DNA of 64,000 nucleotides from contig CP144834.1 in NCBI GenBank assembly GCA_036689475.1, positions 67,739 through 131,738 of the forward strand, in the 5' to 3' direction. Below, one piece after another: positions 39,904-52,942 of the stretch. Both the position numbers and the translations under genes were made by a program. Source of the DNA: Candidatus Stammera capleta. Lineage in GTDB: Bacteria; Pseudomonadota; Gammaproteobacteria; Enterobacterales; Enterobacteriaceae. Under the pieces are notes generated by a model, which searched no databases, was not told the origin of the DNA, and saw nothing but the letters and a program-made list of their open reading frames with translations. The number at the start of each line of letters is the position of its first letter. The stretch's first letter is position 1.

Positions 39904-41238
39904 ATGTATACTGAATTAACTCCTCAAGAAATTGTATATGAATTAAATAAATTCATTATAGGTCAAGATAATGCTAAAAAAGCTGTTGCTATAGCATTAA
40001 GAAATAGATGACGTAGAATGCAATTAAATGATGATTATCGTAATGAAATTACTCCAAAAAATATATTAATGATAGGCCCTACAGGTGTTGGAAAAACTGA
40101 AATTGCTCGTAGATTAGCTAAATTAAGTAATTCTCCTTTTATAAAAGTGGAAGCTACTAAATTTACTGAAGTAGGTTATGTTGGTAAAGAAGTTGATTCT
40201 ATAATAAGAGATTTAGTTGATTATGCTATTAAAATGATAAAAATGCAATCTGTAAAAATTAATATGTCTAAAGCAAAAAAAATTGCTGAAGAACGTATAG
40301 TAGATATAATATTATCTAATAATAAAAATGTTGATAAAAAAGATTATTCACAATATAGAATAACTAGAAATTTGTTATTAGATAAATTACGTGAAGGTAT
40401 TTTAAATAATGATATTATAGAAATTAATATTACTTCTCCTTCATTTGGCATTGAAATTATGTCTCCCCCGGGTATGGAGGAAATGACTAATCAGTTACAA
40501 TCTATATTTAAAAATATTAGTAGTAGTCAAAGAAAAAAGATTCGTAAATTAAAAGTAAAAGATGCAATGAAGTTATTAATTGAAGAAGAATCAACAAAAT
40601 TAATAAATTTTGATAACTTAAAACGTAAAGCAATAGATTTAGTTGAACAACAAGGTATAGTTTTTATTGATGAAATTGATAAAGTATGTAAAAGAGGAGA
40701 ATCTTCTTCGGATTCTGGTATTTCTAGAGAAGGTGTACAAAGAGATTTATTACCATTAGTTGAAGGATGTACTGTATCAACTAAATATGGTGTAGTAAAG
40801 ACAGATTATATTTTATTTATTGCATCTGGTTCATTTCAGTTTTGTAATCCTAGTGATTTAATACCTGAATTACAAGGTAGATTACCTATAAAAGTTAAAT
40901 TAAAAGCTTTAACTTCTCATGATTTTGAAAGAATATTAGTTGAACCTAATATTTCTATAACTTCACAATATAAGGCTTTATTAAATGTAGAAGGAGTTAA
41001 AATTATATTTACTGATGATGGTATAAAGTATTTAGCTAATGTTTCTTGAAAAATTAATGAAAATACTGAAAATATAGGTGCTAGAAGATTACATACTGTT
41101 TTAGAAAAATTAATGGAAGATATTTCTTATAAAGCTAATGAATATAAAGGAAAATCAATTTTAATAGATTCTAGTTATGTAAAGAGTAAATTAGATAATT
41201 CATTTGTTAGTGAAGATTTAAGTAAATTTATATTATAG
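39904..41238 (+). CDS. hslU: ATP-dependent protease ATPase subunit HslU
   Basis: [34 protein letters not shown] (TGA 40009-40011), [28 protein letters not shown] at 41236-41238. Confidence 0.95.
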
Positions 41239-41242
41239 ATAT

Positions 41243-42055
41243 TTATCTTTGACATTTTTTACAAAAATATAAATTTCTTCCATATTTTTTTATTTTTTGA
41301 ATTATATTTTTACAATAGAAACATTTTTTTCCTGATTTTTGATAAACTTTAAGTTTATTTTTAAAAAAACCATAGTTATAATTTATATTTTTATAATTTC
41401 TAATTATTGTTCCTCTATAAAATATAGATTTTAGTAATATTAATTTTATATTTATAACTAATGTTTTTATTTCTTTATAGTTAATAGAATTAGATTTCCT
41501 GTATGGATTTATTTTAGATAAGAATAAACTTTCATTTGCGTATATATTACCAATACCTGAAATAATTTTATTATCCATAATTAAATTATGGATGCATTTT
41601 TTTTTTTTTTTTGTTATTTTAAAAAGATATTTATGATTAAATTTTTTTTTAAGAGGTTCTGGTCCTAATTTAGAAATAATTTTATTTATTTTTTTTTTTG
41701 AATTGAATTTTAATAGATATCCAAATTTTCTTATATCATTATATCGAATAATTATTTTATTATTTAAAATTAAATCTCAATGATCATGTTTAGTTTTTTT
41801 TTGATTATTATTTATTAATAATATATTACCTGACATTCCTAAATGAATTAATAGGTAATATTTGTTAGTTTTAATAATTATAAATTTTGAAAATCTTTTT
41901 ATTTTTACAATTATTTGGTTTTTTATTTTTTGAATTTTTTTAGAAATAGTATATTTTAATTTATTGTTGTATATAATAATTTTATTAATTTTTTTATTTA
42001 AGCAATTTTTTTTTAATTCTTTTTTAATTATTTCTACTTCTGGTAATTCTGGCAT
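41243..42055 (-). CDS. mutM: Formamidopyrimidine-DNA glycosylase
   Basis: MPELPEVE N-terminus, C-terminal CxxC…CxxC zinc finger (CFYCKN…FCKKCQ). 271 codons in one frame. Confidence 0.9.
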
Positions 42056-42115
42056 ATTTATTTTTTTTTATTAAAATTTATATATAATTATATTTTTATT
42101 TTATATAATTAAAAT

Positions 42116-42391
42116 ATGAAAATAAAGTTTTGAAATAAAAATATTGCTATTAAATTAGCTTTAAATGAAGGTATATATTTAGAATATATTCATTGAGTAA
42201 TAATTTATTATTTTAGATTTTTTTATTTTAAATATAATTCTTTACCTAATATTAGAAATTTAATAAATTTTTTAAATATTAAATATAATAAAAAATATGA
42301 TAGTATTTTTTTATATAAACTTTTTCCTAAAGGTATAATGAGACAGGTTTCTAAAATATCTTGTTTACCTGAAAATGTTCAATGTTTTTAA
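42116..42391 (+). CDS. coaD-like fragment: the C-terminal ~2/3 of phosphopantetheine adenylyltransferase without the N-terminal nucleotide-binding motif (possible pseudogene)
   Basis: Hand-translated, 91 aa, open under code 4 (two TGA). DSIFL and CLPENVQ match E. coli CoaD ESVFL and FLPENVHQ, and VIIYYFRFFYFKY aligns with VLIRGLRAVADFEYE. coaD is the neighbour of mutM in E. coli. An in-frame TAA at 42110-42112 blocks any upstream extension. Confidence 0.4.
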
Positions 42392-42429
42392 TTTAAAAAA
42401 ATATTTTATTCATTATTATCAATATCTAT

Positions 42430-44241
42430 TTTAAATTTTATTTTGTTTCTGTTTTTTTTTTTTATACTATTTATATAGTAAGATAAGTTTTTATATGATT
42501 TACTAAATATAATAATTTTTCATCTTTTTTTTTTAATTCTAATTAATTTAGGTATCGAAATATCTATTTTTTTATGTTTTTTTAATAAAAATTTCATTAT
42601 TTTATATAATTTATATATATTATTATTATTATTATATTCAATTGATATTGAAGATTCATGTACGTAAGGTGGATAGTTAATTAATTTTCTTTCATATAAA
42701 ATATTTTTTATGTTTTCTTTGTAATTATTAAATTTTAAGAGATTTTTAAATATATAATGTTGTGGAAATTTTGTAAGAAAAATAATTTTTTGTTTTTTAT
42801 TTATATAATTTTTTTCTATGAATATATTATAATTTCTTATAAATTTTTCTATAGTTTCATAATTATTAGAATATAACATATTATCTATATTTAATATTAT
42901 TAAATTAGGTTTAGGGATATTTTTATTTGTAATTAATTTATGTGATATTAGTATTTGTTGTTTTTTATTTTTAAAATTTGATTTTATAATACTAATTTTT
43001 TTTTTAGGAAATAATTTTATTAAATATTGTTTAATTTTTTTTGTACCTAAACCAAATTTATAAAATTTATTTTTTTTACATTTAATACATTTTTTTAAAA
43101 CTTTTTTTTTTCTGCATTGATAGCAAATAATTTTATTTTTTTTTTTGTAAAGTACATATTTATTTTTACATAAATAACATTTTTGAATTGTTTTACAATA
43201 TTTACATATTAATCAAGAATATCCATTTATATTAACTAATATATAAATATTTTTTTTATTTTTTATATATTTTTTTATATTTTTTTTAATTTTTTTTTTT
43301 ATTATATAATTGTTTATATTAAAAATTTTTTTTTTAATTTTATATTTTTTTTGATATATTTTTATAAAATTATATTTTTTTATTTTACTTTGATAAAAAC
43401 TTTTTATTGATGGTGTTGAAGAACATAATATTATTGGAATATTTTCTATTTTTGATCTTAATAATGCTATATTTTTAGAATTATAGGTAAAAAATTTATT
43501 TTCTTTATAATATTTACTGTGTTCATCTTCAATAATAATAAGGTTTAATTTTTTAAATGGAGTAAATATAGCTGATCTAGTTCCTAATATTATAAATATT
43601 TTGTTTTCTAATATTTTTTTTCATATTTTAATTTTTTTTTTTTTACATATTTTAGAATTAATAATTTCTATATTTATATTTATTTTTTTATATATTTTTT
43701 TTTTTATTTTTTTAATTAAATAATTTTCTGGTACTAAAATTAAGATTTGTTTTTTATGTTTAATATTTTTTTTAATTATATTTATATAAAAATTTATTCT
43801 TTTTTTAAATATAGTCATTAATAATCATATTTTTTTTTTTGTATATATTTTATTGATTATTTTTTTATATTTTTTATTTATATTTGTATATATATTTTTT
43901 TTTTTTATATGTTTTATTTTTTTTTTATATTTTTTTTTTGTATATTTAGGTATTAAACTAAATAAAAATTTATTAAATGATATTTTATAATATTGAGAAC
44001 AAATTTTTATTAATTTAAATCATTTTTTATTGACTATTTTTTTTTTGTCTATTATTTTAATAATTTTTTTAATATTAATTTTTTTTTTTTTTTTACAAAT
44101 ATTAGAAATTATTCCAATTATATTTTTATTTCTCAATGGTACTATTGCTCTTTTACCTATATTAAGATTTTTATTTGTTTTTTTATAATAAATTAATTTT
44201 TTTATATTTTTTATAGGTAGTATTATTTTAACTGTAAACAT
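42430..44241 (-). CDS. priA: Primosomal replication-restart helicase PriA (shortened)
   Basis: The pieces 44020..44241, 43621..43818 and 42520..42879 share one frame. The track's end at 42520-42522 is a TGA, so I extended to TAA 42430-42432. LILVPE, cysteine-rich zinc region. Divergent from rpmE, as in E. coli. 603 aa. Confidence 0.85.
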
Positions 44242-44290
44242 GATAATATGTATTTATTTCTAATTTTTATATAAATTTAGGTATAATAAT

Positions 44291-44509
44291 ATGAAGAAAA
44301 ATATACATCTTGAAAATAATTTATTAAAAGCTTTTTGTTCTTGTGGTAATATTATTAAAATATATTCTACTTTAAAAAAAAATTTTAACATAGATGTTTG
44401 TTATAAATGTCATTCTTTTTATACTGGTAAACAAAAAATATCTAATTCAAAAGGAAGATTAGATAATCTTAAAAAACGTTTTGATAAAATTAATTTTATT
44501 TTTTCTTAA
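44291..44509 (+). CDS. rpmE: 50S ribosomal protein L31
   Basis: 72 aa. CSCGN…CYKCHSFYTGKQK zinc ribbon. Confidence 0.95.
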   Translation: MKKNIHLENNLLKAFCSCGNIIKIYSTLKKNFNIDVCYKCHSFYTGKQKISNSKGRLDNLKKRFDKINFIFS

Positions 44510-44637
44510 TTATATTTTTTTTTAAAAAAAATAACTTAAGAATTTTTTATTTTTTTTAAATAAATATTATACTATTTATATAATGAAATCTATAAAATGG
44601 TAATTTTAAAAATTAGTTTAATAATTATTTAATATAC

Positions 44638-45882
44638 TTAAATAATTTCTATTTTTATTCCTAAATTATATAATTTTTTTTCTATATTTTCATATCCTCT
44701 ATATATGTAATCTATATTTTTTATTGTTGTTATACCGTGAGCTACACATCCTGCAATAATTAAACTTGCTGCTGATCTTAAATCTTTAGCATTAACTTTA
44801 GTGCCAAAAATTTTTTTAGTTCCATTGCATAATATTTTATTATTTTTAATTTTAATTTTAGCACCCATTTTAATTAATTCATTAACATGATTAAATCTTT
44901 TTTTAAATATATTTTCTGTAATAATACTTTTACCTTTAGCTAATGTATTTAATACTGTAAATTGTGGTTGTAAATCTGTTGGAAAATTAGGATAAGGTAA
45001 TGTTTTAATATTTACTGGATAAGGTCTTTTTGACATACTTAATTTTATGAAATCATTTCCAGTTTTTATTTTTGATCCTGATAATTTTAATTTATTTAAA
45101 ACATTTGTTAATAAATTAGGGTTTGTATTATAACATATAATTTTCCCTCTTGAAATTGCTGAAGCAATTAAATATGTTCCAGTTTCTATTCTATCTGGAA
45201 TTATTTTATATATTCCACCATGTAGTTTTTTTACTCCTAATATTTTTATTTTATTTTTACTATATAAAATTTTTGCACCTAAAGTATTTAAAAAATTTAT
45301 TGTATCTAAAATTTCTGGTTCTTGAGCAAAATTTTTTATTGTTGTAACGCCTGTTATAAATATAGATGCTAAAATAGTTGTTATAGTTGCACCAACACTT
45401 ATTTTAGGAAAAATAATATTGTTAGAAGTTAATTTTTTTTTTATTTTTACTGTAATATAATTATTTTCTAATTTTATTTTAGCACCTAATTTTTGTAATC
45501 CATATAAATGTAGATCTATAGGTCTTGAACCTATTTTACATCCTCCAGGAATATGTATTTTAATTTTTCCAAATTTTATTAATAATGGACTAATTAATCA
45601 TATTGATGCTCTAATTTTTTTTATTAATTTTTTTGGAATATATTTTTTTTTTATATTTTTACTATTTATTATTAAATGTTTATTTTTTTTAATTTTTATT
45701 CCTATTTTACTAAATAGTTTTAAAGTAATATAAATATCTTTAATATTAGGAATATTTTTAATTTTTATATCTTCATTTGTTAATAAAGAAGCAAATAATA
45801 TTGCTAATGCTGAATTTTTTGATCCTGATATTTTAACATTTCCTTTAATTTTTAAAGGTCCTAAAATTTGAAATTTTTTCAT
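44638..45882 (-). CDS. murA: UDP-N-acetylglucosamine 1-carboxyvinyltransferase
   Basis: MKKFQILGPLKIKGNVKISGSKNSAL parallels E. coli [26 protein letters not shown]. C-terminal DLRSAASLIIAG…YRGYENIEKKL. 415 codons. Confidence 0.95.
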
Positions 45883-45902
45883 TTTTTTTTAGAAAAAAAG
45901 TA

Positions 45903-46661
45903 TTATTTTAAATTATTAATAATGTTTAATAAATTAATAAAATTTTTTACCTTTCAGGAATATTTACCTATTAATAATCCATCAATATATGGATTTTTAA
46001 TAATATTATAAATATTTTCATTATTTACTGATCCTCCATAAATAATTTTTATATTTTTCATTATATTTTTATTTTTAGAATTAATATATTTAATTATATA
46101 TTTATTAATTTTTTCTATATGTTCTATATTAGCATTTTTACCTGTTCCTATTGCTCATATAGGTTCGTAAGCAATAATACTATTATTGAGTATTTTTATG
46201 TTTTTATTTTTAATAATATATTTGATTTGTTTTTTACATATTTTTTTACTTTTCTTTTTTATGTATTCTTTTATATTTTCCCCTATACATATTATAGGTA
46301 TAAGATTAGATTTTTTACTTGCTATAATTTTTTTTAATATAATTTTATTATTTTCTTTGTGATATTTTTTTCTTTCTGAATGTCCTATAATTACATATTT
46401 TACATTTATATCTTTTAACATTTTACCTGATATATCTCCAGTATATGAACCTGATAAATTTTTATCTATGTTTTGAGATACTAGTTTTATATTTTTTGTT
46501 GTAATTATTTTATTAGCAAAATATAAATATAGCATAGGTGGTGCTATAAGTATTTTATATATTTTATTATTAATATATTTATTTAGTTGTTCAATATATT
46601 TTTTAATATATTTTAAGTTTCCATTTAGTTTTAAATTTGCAATTATAATTTTTTTTTTCAT
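45903..46661 (-). CDS. tpiA: Triosephosphate isomerase
   Basis: ANLKLNG, IIGHSERK, ICIGE, AYEPIWAIGTG (TGA=Trp), IIYGGSV. Hand-extended to TAA 45903-45905. Confidence 0.9.
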
Positions 46662-46741
46662 TTTATTATATTTAAATTATTTTTTAGAAAATTTTAAATT
46701 ATGTTATTATTATATAGAATTAAATTGTATTTTATATATAT

Positions 46742-47668
46742 ATGTTGAAAAAATATTATCCAGCTTTTTTAAAAAATATAAAAAAATTTTTAAATATTAA
46801 AAAAAATGGTATTTATATTGATTGTACTTTTGGATGTGGTTCACATTCTTTAAAAATATTAGAAAATTTGTGTGAATTAGGTAGATTATTTTCATTTGAC
46901 TCAGATAATGAATCTTTGTTAATAAATTCTAGAAAAATAAAAGATTCTCGTTTAAGCTTAATTAATAGTAATTTTTCTGATATAGAATATTATATTAATA
47001 ATTTAGGATTTAAAAAAAAAATTAATGGTATTATATTTGATTTAGGTTTATCTAATTGACAATTAGATGTTTCTGATAGAGGTTTTTCCTATTTAAGAAA
47101 TAATTTTTTAGATATGCGTATGAACAAAAATATTGGTATTTCTGCTTCAGATTGAATTAATAATGTTAGTGAAAAAAATATTTTTAAAGTTATAAAAAAT
47201 TATGGTGAAGATTATTGTGCTAGAAATATAGCTAAAAAAATTGTTTTTTTTAGAAAAAAAAAAAAAATAATGTATACACGAGATTTAGTTGAAATTATTA
47301 AATATGTAGTTGGTGGTAAAAATTATATTAAATCTTTAGCTAGAGTTTTTCAGGCTATTAGAATTTATATTAATGATGAATTAAATTCTTTAATTAATGG
47401 TTTACAATCTGCATATAATATATTATCTAAAAAGGGTAGATTGGTTGTTATTAGTTTTCATTCTTTGGAAGATAAAATAGTAAAGAAATTTATTTATAAA
47501 AAATCAAATGTAAATTTAATATCAGATATACCATTGACTGATAATCAAATAAAAGAAATTTATCCTGTTAAAATGATTAATTTAGGTAAATATAAACCTT
47601 CTATGAAAGAAATTATAAATAATAATAGAATTAGAAGTGCTTTACTTAGAGTAGCAGAAAAAAAATAG
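46742..47668 (+). CDS. rsmH: 16S rRNA m4C1402 methyltransferase RsmH (MraW)
   Basis: YIDCTFGCGSHS, DLGLSNWQLD, ISFHSLEDKIVK. First gene of the dcw cluster. TAG stop. Confidence 0.9.
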
Positions 47669-47708
47669 ATTTATATTTATGTTATTTTTTTAAAATAATG
47701 GAGATTTT

Positions 47709-49205
47709 TTGAAAATTATAAATTTAAATAAGTTATTAGTTAAGTATTTTAATTTTATAAATTTACCAGATATATATATATCTGGTATTACTAGTGATAG
47801 TCGTTTAGTAAAAGAGAATAATTTATTTGTTGCTATTAAAGGTTATCGTACTAATGGTAGATATTTTATATTTGATGCTGTATTAAATGGTGCTATTTCT
47901 GTTTTAACTTATTCTAGTATAAATAAGTCTTATTATTTATTTAATTGTTTGTATAAAATTTATATTTTTTATTTAAAAGATTTAGATATTTTTTTACCTA
48001 ATATAGTAGCAAAATTTTATAATTATCCTGGTAAAAAGTTAATTTCAGTTGGTGTAACTGGTACAAATGGTAAAACTACTGTAGTAAATTTATGTTCTCA
48101 ATGAGCTTATTTATTAGGTTATAAAAGTGGTATGTTAAGTACTATAGGTAATGGATTTTATAATGATTTATCTTTTTCTTTAAATACAACTATGTCTTCT
48201 ATAGATTTACAATATGAATTAAATTTTTTTCGTGAAAAGAAAACTGATTTTGTTTTTATTGAAGTTTCATCTCATTCTTTAATACAACGTAGAGTAAAAT
48301 GTGTTTTTTTTTCTTCTGTAGTATTTATAAATTTATCTTTAGATCATTTAGATTATCATATTAATATTAAAAATTATGAATTAGCAAAATTTAAATTATT
48401 TTCTGAATATAAAGCAAAAAATTTGATTATTAATATAGATGATCCTACAGGATATTATTGATTTATTAATTTATTACCTATAGAGAATATTATTCCTGTA
48501 ACTTTTAATTTTAAATATGTAAAATTATTTAAATATAGATGGATTTATATTAAAAAAATTGAATATTATGGTTTTTTAAAAAAAATTTATTTTTTATCTT
48601 CTTGAGGTAATGGTGTAATAAAATTATTTTTAGTTGGTAATTTTAATATTAAGAATTTTTTTCTTAGTTTTGTTTCTTTATTATCTTTAAATATAGATTT
48701 AAAAGATTTAATTGATAGTAGTAAATATTTAATTTTACCTAATGGTCGATTAGAATTTATAAGAAAAAAAAATAAACCTTTAATAATTATTGATTATGCA
48801 CATACACCTATAGCATTAAAAAGTATTTTATTGGAATCTAGAAAATATTGTCAGAATAAATTATGATGTATTTTTGGATGTACAGGTAATAGAGATAAAA
48901 GTAAAAGACCAATTATGGGAAGTATAGCTAAAAAATATTCTGATATTTTAATTATTACTAATGATGATGTTTATTTTGAAGATGAATTTACTATTTTAAA
49001 TGATATAAAATTAGGTATAAATAATTTTCATAATGTTTTTGTTATATTAAATCGTATTTTAGCAATAAAATTTGCTATTGAAAATGCATCTCAATATGAT
49101 GTTGTTTTAATAGCTGGTAAAGGTCATGAAAATTTTCATTTTATTTTTGGTAAAAAAATAAAATATTCTGATAAACTTTTAGTTGAGAAAATATTAGGAA
49201 TATAA
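47709..49205 (+). CDS. murE: UDP-MurNAc-L-Ala-D-Glu:meso-DAP ligase
   Basis: TTG start preceded by GGAG (47700-47703). ITSDSRLV, GVTGTNGKTT. Pieces share one frame. 499 codons. Confidence 0.9.
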
Positions 49206-49208
49206 ATT

Positions 49209-50561
49209 ATGTTTTTATTTAGTTTATCTAAAATAGCATGTATTACTAAAAGTATTTTAGTGGGGAAGGATGTGTATGTAGATAATATTTGTATTGATAC
49301 TCGTGAAAATAATATAAAAAATTCTTTATTTATTTTAATTAAAGGTAATAATAGTGTTGATTATTTGTATCGTGAAGCATTTAGAAAAGGAGCCTTAGCT
49401 ATTCTTTCTGAATATTTTTTATTTGTTAATAAACCTCAGTTAGTAGTTAAAGATTCTAATTTTGCTTTATCTAAAATAGTTTGTTGATTAAGAAAAAAAG
49501 TTTCTACAAAATTTTTATCTTTAACTGGTTCAACAGGTAAAACTTCTGTTAAAGAAATTACTGCTAATATATTAAAAACATCAGGTAATACTTTGTATAA
49601 TTATCATAATAGAAATAATGAATTAGGAGTATTTTATACTTTATTAAAATTGCAAAAAAATGTTTATAAATATTGTGTTTTAGAATTAGGTGCTGATAAT
49701 ATAAATGATATTGATTATATTACTAAGGTTGTTGTGCCAGATATAGCTTGTATAACAAATATTTCTATTTCTCATCTAAATGGTTTTAAAAATTTTTTAA
49801 ATATTATTAAATGTAAAGGTAAAATTTTTAAATATTTATCTTCTAATGGATTAATAATATTAAATCATAATTATTATTTAAATAATTTTTGAAAAAAATA
49901 TTTTTTAGGTAAAAAAAAATTTTTTATTTCTTTATTTCCTATAAGAAAAAAAAATTATATTTCTGTATGTAATTTAAAAGTTAGTTTATTAGGTAGTACT
50001 TTCACTTTAATAACAGATTCTGGATATATTAATATATTTATAAAATTATTAGGTGCACATAATATTTTAAATTGTTTGTTTGCTTCAGCTTTATCTTTTT
50101 TATCTTGTGTATCTTTAAAGGATATTAAAGTTGGATTAGAAAGTTGTAATCCTATTAAAGGAAGATTATATCCTATTTTTTTAGGTAAAAATAAATTAAT
50201 TTTAGATGATACTTATAATTCTAATCCTAGATCTTTATATTATAGTATATTTTTTTTACAAAAATGTTTAGGTTATAAAGTATTAGTAGTTGGGGATATG
50301 GCTGAATTAAGTTATATGTCTGTTTTTTATCATATTAAGATTGGTAATTTTGTAAGAAATTTACTTTATGTTGATAGAGTTTTAAGTATAGGAAAATATA
50401 GTTTTTATATTAGTAAATATAGTTTAAAAGGTAAACATTTTTTTGATATTAATAGTTTAGTGTTATATTTAAAGTATATATTTAAAAGTTATGATAAAAT
50501 TACTTTTTTAATTAAAGGTTCACGTTTTTTAAATATGGAAAAAATAATAGATTTTTTTTAG
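49209..50561 (+). CDS. murF: UDP-MurNAc-tripeptide:D-Ala-D-Ala ligase
   Basis: IDTRENNIKNSLFILIKG, LTGSTGKTSVKE, DDTYNSNP. Pieces share one frame. 451 codons. Confidence 0.9.
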
Positions 50562-50571
50562 AATAAATAAT

Positions 50572-51612
50572 ATGATGATATTTTTGTTTTATTTAATAAA
50601 TTTTTTTTGTAATAAATTTTTTTTATCTTTATTTTTTTCTTTATTTTTATCTTTTTTTTCTATACATTATCTTATATTTTTTTTTAATAAAAATAAGATA
50701 TTTCAGGTTGTTCGTAAAAATAATTCAAATAAATTTTTTAAAAAAAAATATGTACCTAGTATGGGTGGTATATCAATTTTTTTAGTCTTTTTTTTTTTAA
50801 TGTTTTTTTTCGTTAATATTTTTGATATACATATATTTTTATTAATTTTATTTTTTATTTTAAATTTTTTAATAGGATTTTTAGATGATTTTTTAAAAAT
50901 TTATTTAAAAAATTGTAATGGTTTATCTATATTACAAAAATTTTTTTTACAAAATATATCTATATTTATATTTATATATTTTATTATTGTAAATAATTTG
51001 TATTTTGATATACATGAAAATTATTATTATCGTTATTTGTATTATATTTTATGATATTTTTTATTAATGTTTGGTATTAATGCAGTTAATTTTACTGATG
51101 GTTTAGATGGTTTAGTAATATTACCAATAATATTGGTTTTTTTATTTTTATTTATAGTTTCTTTATTTAGTTCTAATATATATATGTCAAATTTTTTAGG
51201 TATTAAATATATATATTATGCAAAAGATTTGAGTATTATTAGTATTTTAATGTTTTGTTCCTGTTTATTTTTTTTTGCTTTTAATTTTTATCCAGCAAAA
51301 ATTTTTTTAGGTGATACAGGTTCTTTATCTATAGGTTCATTATTAAGTGCTATGTTTATACTTTTACATAAAGAATTTTATTTTATAACAGTTGGTTTTT
51401 TGTTTGTTATAGAGTTTCTTTCTGTTGTTTTACAGGTTTTATATTTTAAATTATTTAAAAAACGTATTTTTTTGATGTCACCTATACATCATCATTATGA
51501 ATTAAGTAATTATTCTGAAATTAGAATAGTAGTTTATTTTTGGATTATTTCTTTAATTTCTTTGTTTTTTTCTATTTTATTATTTTTTTTTGAGTGTATT
51601 AAGAATGTTTAA
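50572..51612 (+). CDS. mraY: Phospho-MurNAc-pentapeptide translocase
   Basis: PSMGGI, NAVNFTDGLDGL, GDTGSLSIG, PIHHHYE. Multi-pass hydrophobic protein. Confidence 0.9.
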
Positions 51613-52927
51613 TTATTATAATAAAAATATTGTTATTTTAGGAGCTGGTATAACTGGTATTTCCTGTATAAATTTTTTTATTTCTTTAGGTATTTATCCT
51701 AAATTAATGGATATTAATTTTATAGATGTTTATTCTATACCTAAAAATATAGATTATTGTTTTGGTTATTTTAATGAATTTTGAATATTAAATGCTGATT
51801 TAATAGTTATTAGTCCTGGTATTTCTATTTTAAGTCATCCTTTATTAATTAAAGCTAAAAAAAAAGGTATAGAAATTATTAATGATATAGAAATATTTTT
51901 TAGAGAAGTAAAATCTTCTGTTGTAGCTGTTACTGGAACTAATGGAAAAAGTACAGTAGTATCTTTATTATTTGAAATTTGTAAATTAAATAAAATGAAT
52001 GTATCTTTAGGAGGTAATATAGGTGTTCCGGTTTTAGATTTATTATCTAAAAATAGTGATATATATATATTGGAACTTTCAAGTTTTCAATTAGAGTATG
52101 TTAAATCTTTAAAAACTTTATGTTCTGTAATACTTAACATTACTGTAGATCATTTAGATAGATATCCTAATGGTATACAAGATTATGTATTTAGTAAATG
52201 AAATATTTTTAGTAATTCTAAATATTGTATTATAAATATAGATGATAAATTTACTTTACCTTATAATTATTACGAAAAGAATATTGTTACTTTTGGTGTT
52301 AGTAAAAGTAAATATAATATTGGATTTTTTAAGAATAGTATTTTTTTAAATAAAAATTGTATTAATCTTATTAATGTAAAAGATATTTTTTTGACAGGTT
52401 GATGTAATTATTTAAATTTATTAGTTGTAATAACAATTTCAGATATTTTAAAAATTAAGAAAGAAATAATATTTAATGTTATATCTAATTTTCGTGGTTT
52501 ACCTCATAGATTTAATGTTGTAAGTAATAAAAATGGTGTTTTATGAATTAATGATTCTAAATCTACTAATGTACATAGTACTATATTTGCTTTAAAAAAT
52601 TTACCTTATGTTAAAGGTAAAATTTGACTTTTGTTAGGTGGTGATAATAAATTAGTTGATTTAAATTTTTTTTTAAAACCTTATTTATTATTGTATAGAA
52701 ATTTATTTATATGTTGTTTTGGTAAGAGTAAAAATATTTTATATAATTTATTTCCTAATATTTCTAAAAAATTTAATAATATACATGAAATTATATTATA
52801 TATAATTTATTATATTAAAGTTGGTGATATAGTTTTATTTTCTCCTGGTTGTTCTAGTTTAGATCAATTTTTGAATTATAAAGAAAGAGGGAAAAAATTT
52901 GAATATTTAGTTAAAAAATATAGTTAA
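51605..52927 (+). CDS. murD: UDP-MurNAc-L-Ala:D-Glu ligase
   Basis: MFNYYNKNIVILGAGITGIS parallels E. coli [30 protein letters not shown]. The ATG at 51605 is preferred over the track's TTG at 51590. Overlaps mraY by 8 nt. Confidence 0.88.
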
Positions 52928-52942
52928 TTAAAGGTATTTTTT

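Noticed and set aside
51590-51604. TTG start for murD proposed by the track (MSVLRMFNYY…).
   Set aside because: The ATG at 51605 gives MFNYYNKNIVILGAG, collinear with the E. coli MurD N-terminus. The extra five codons lie inside mraY.
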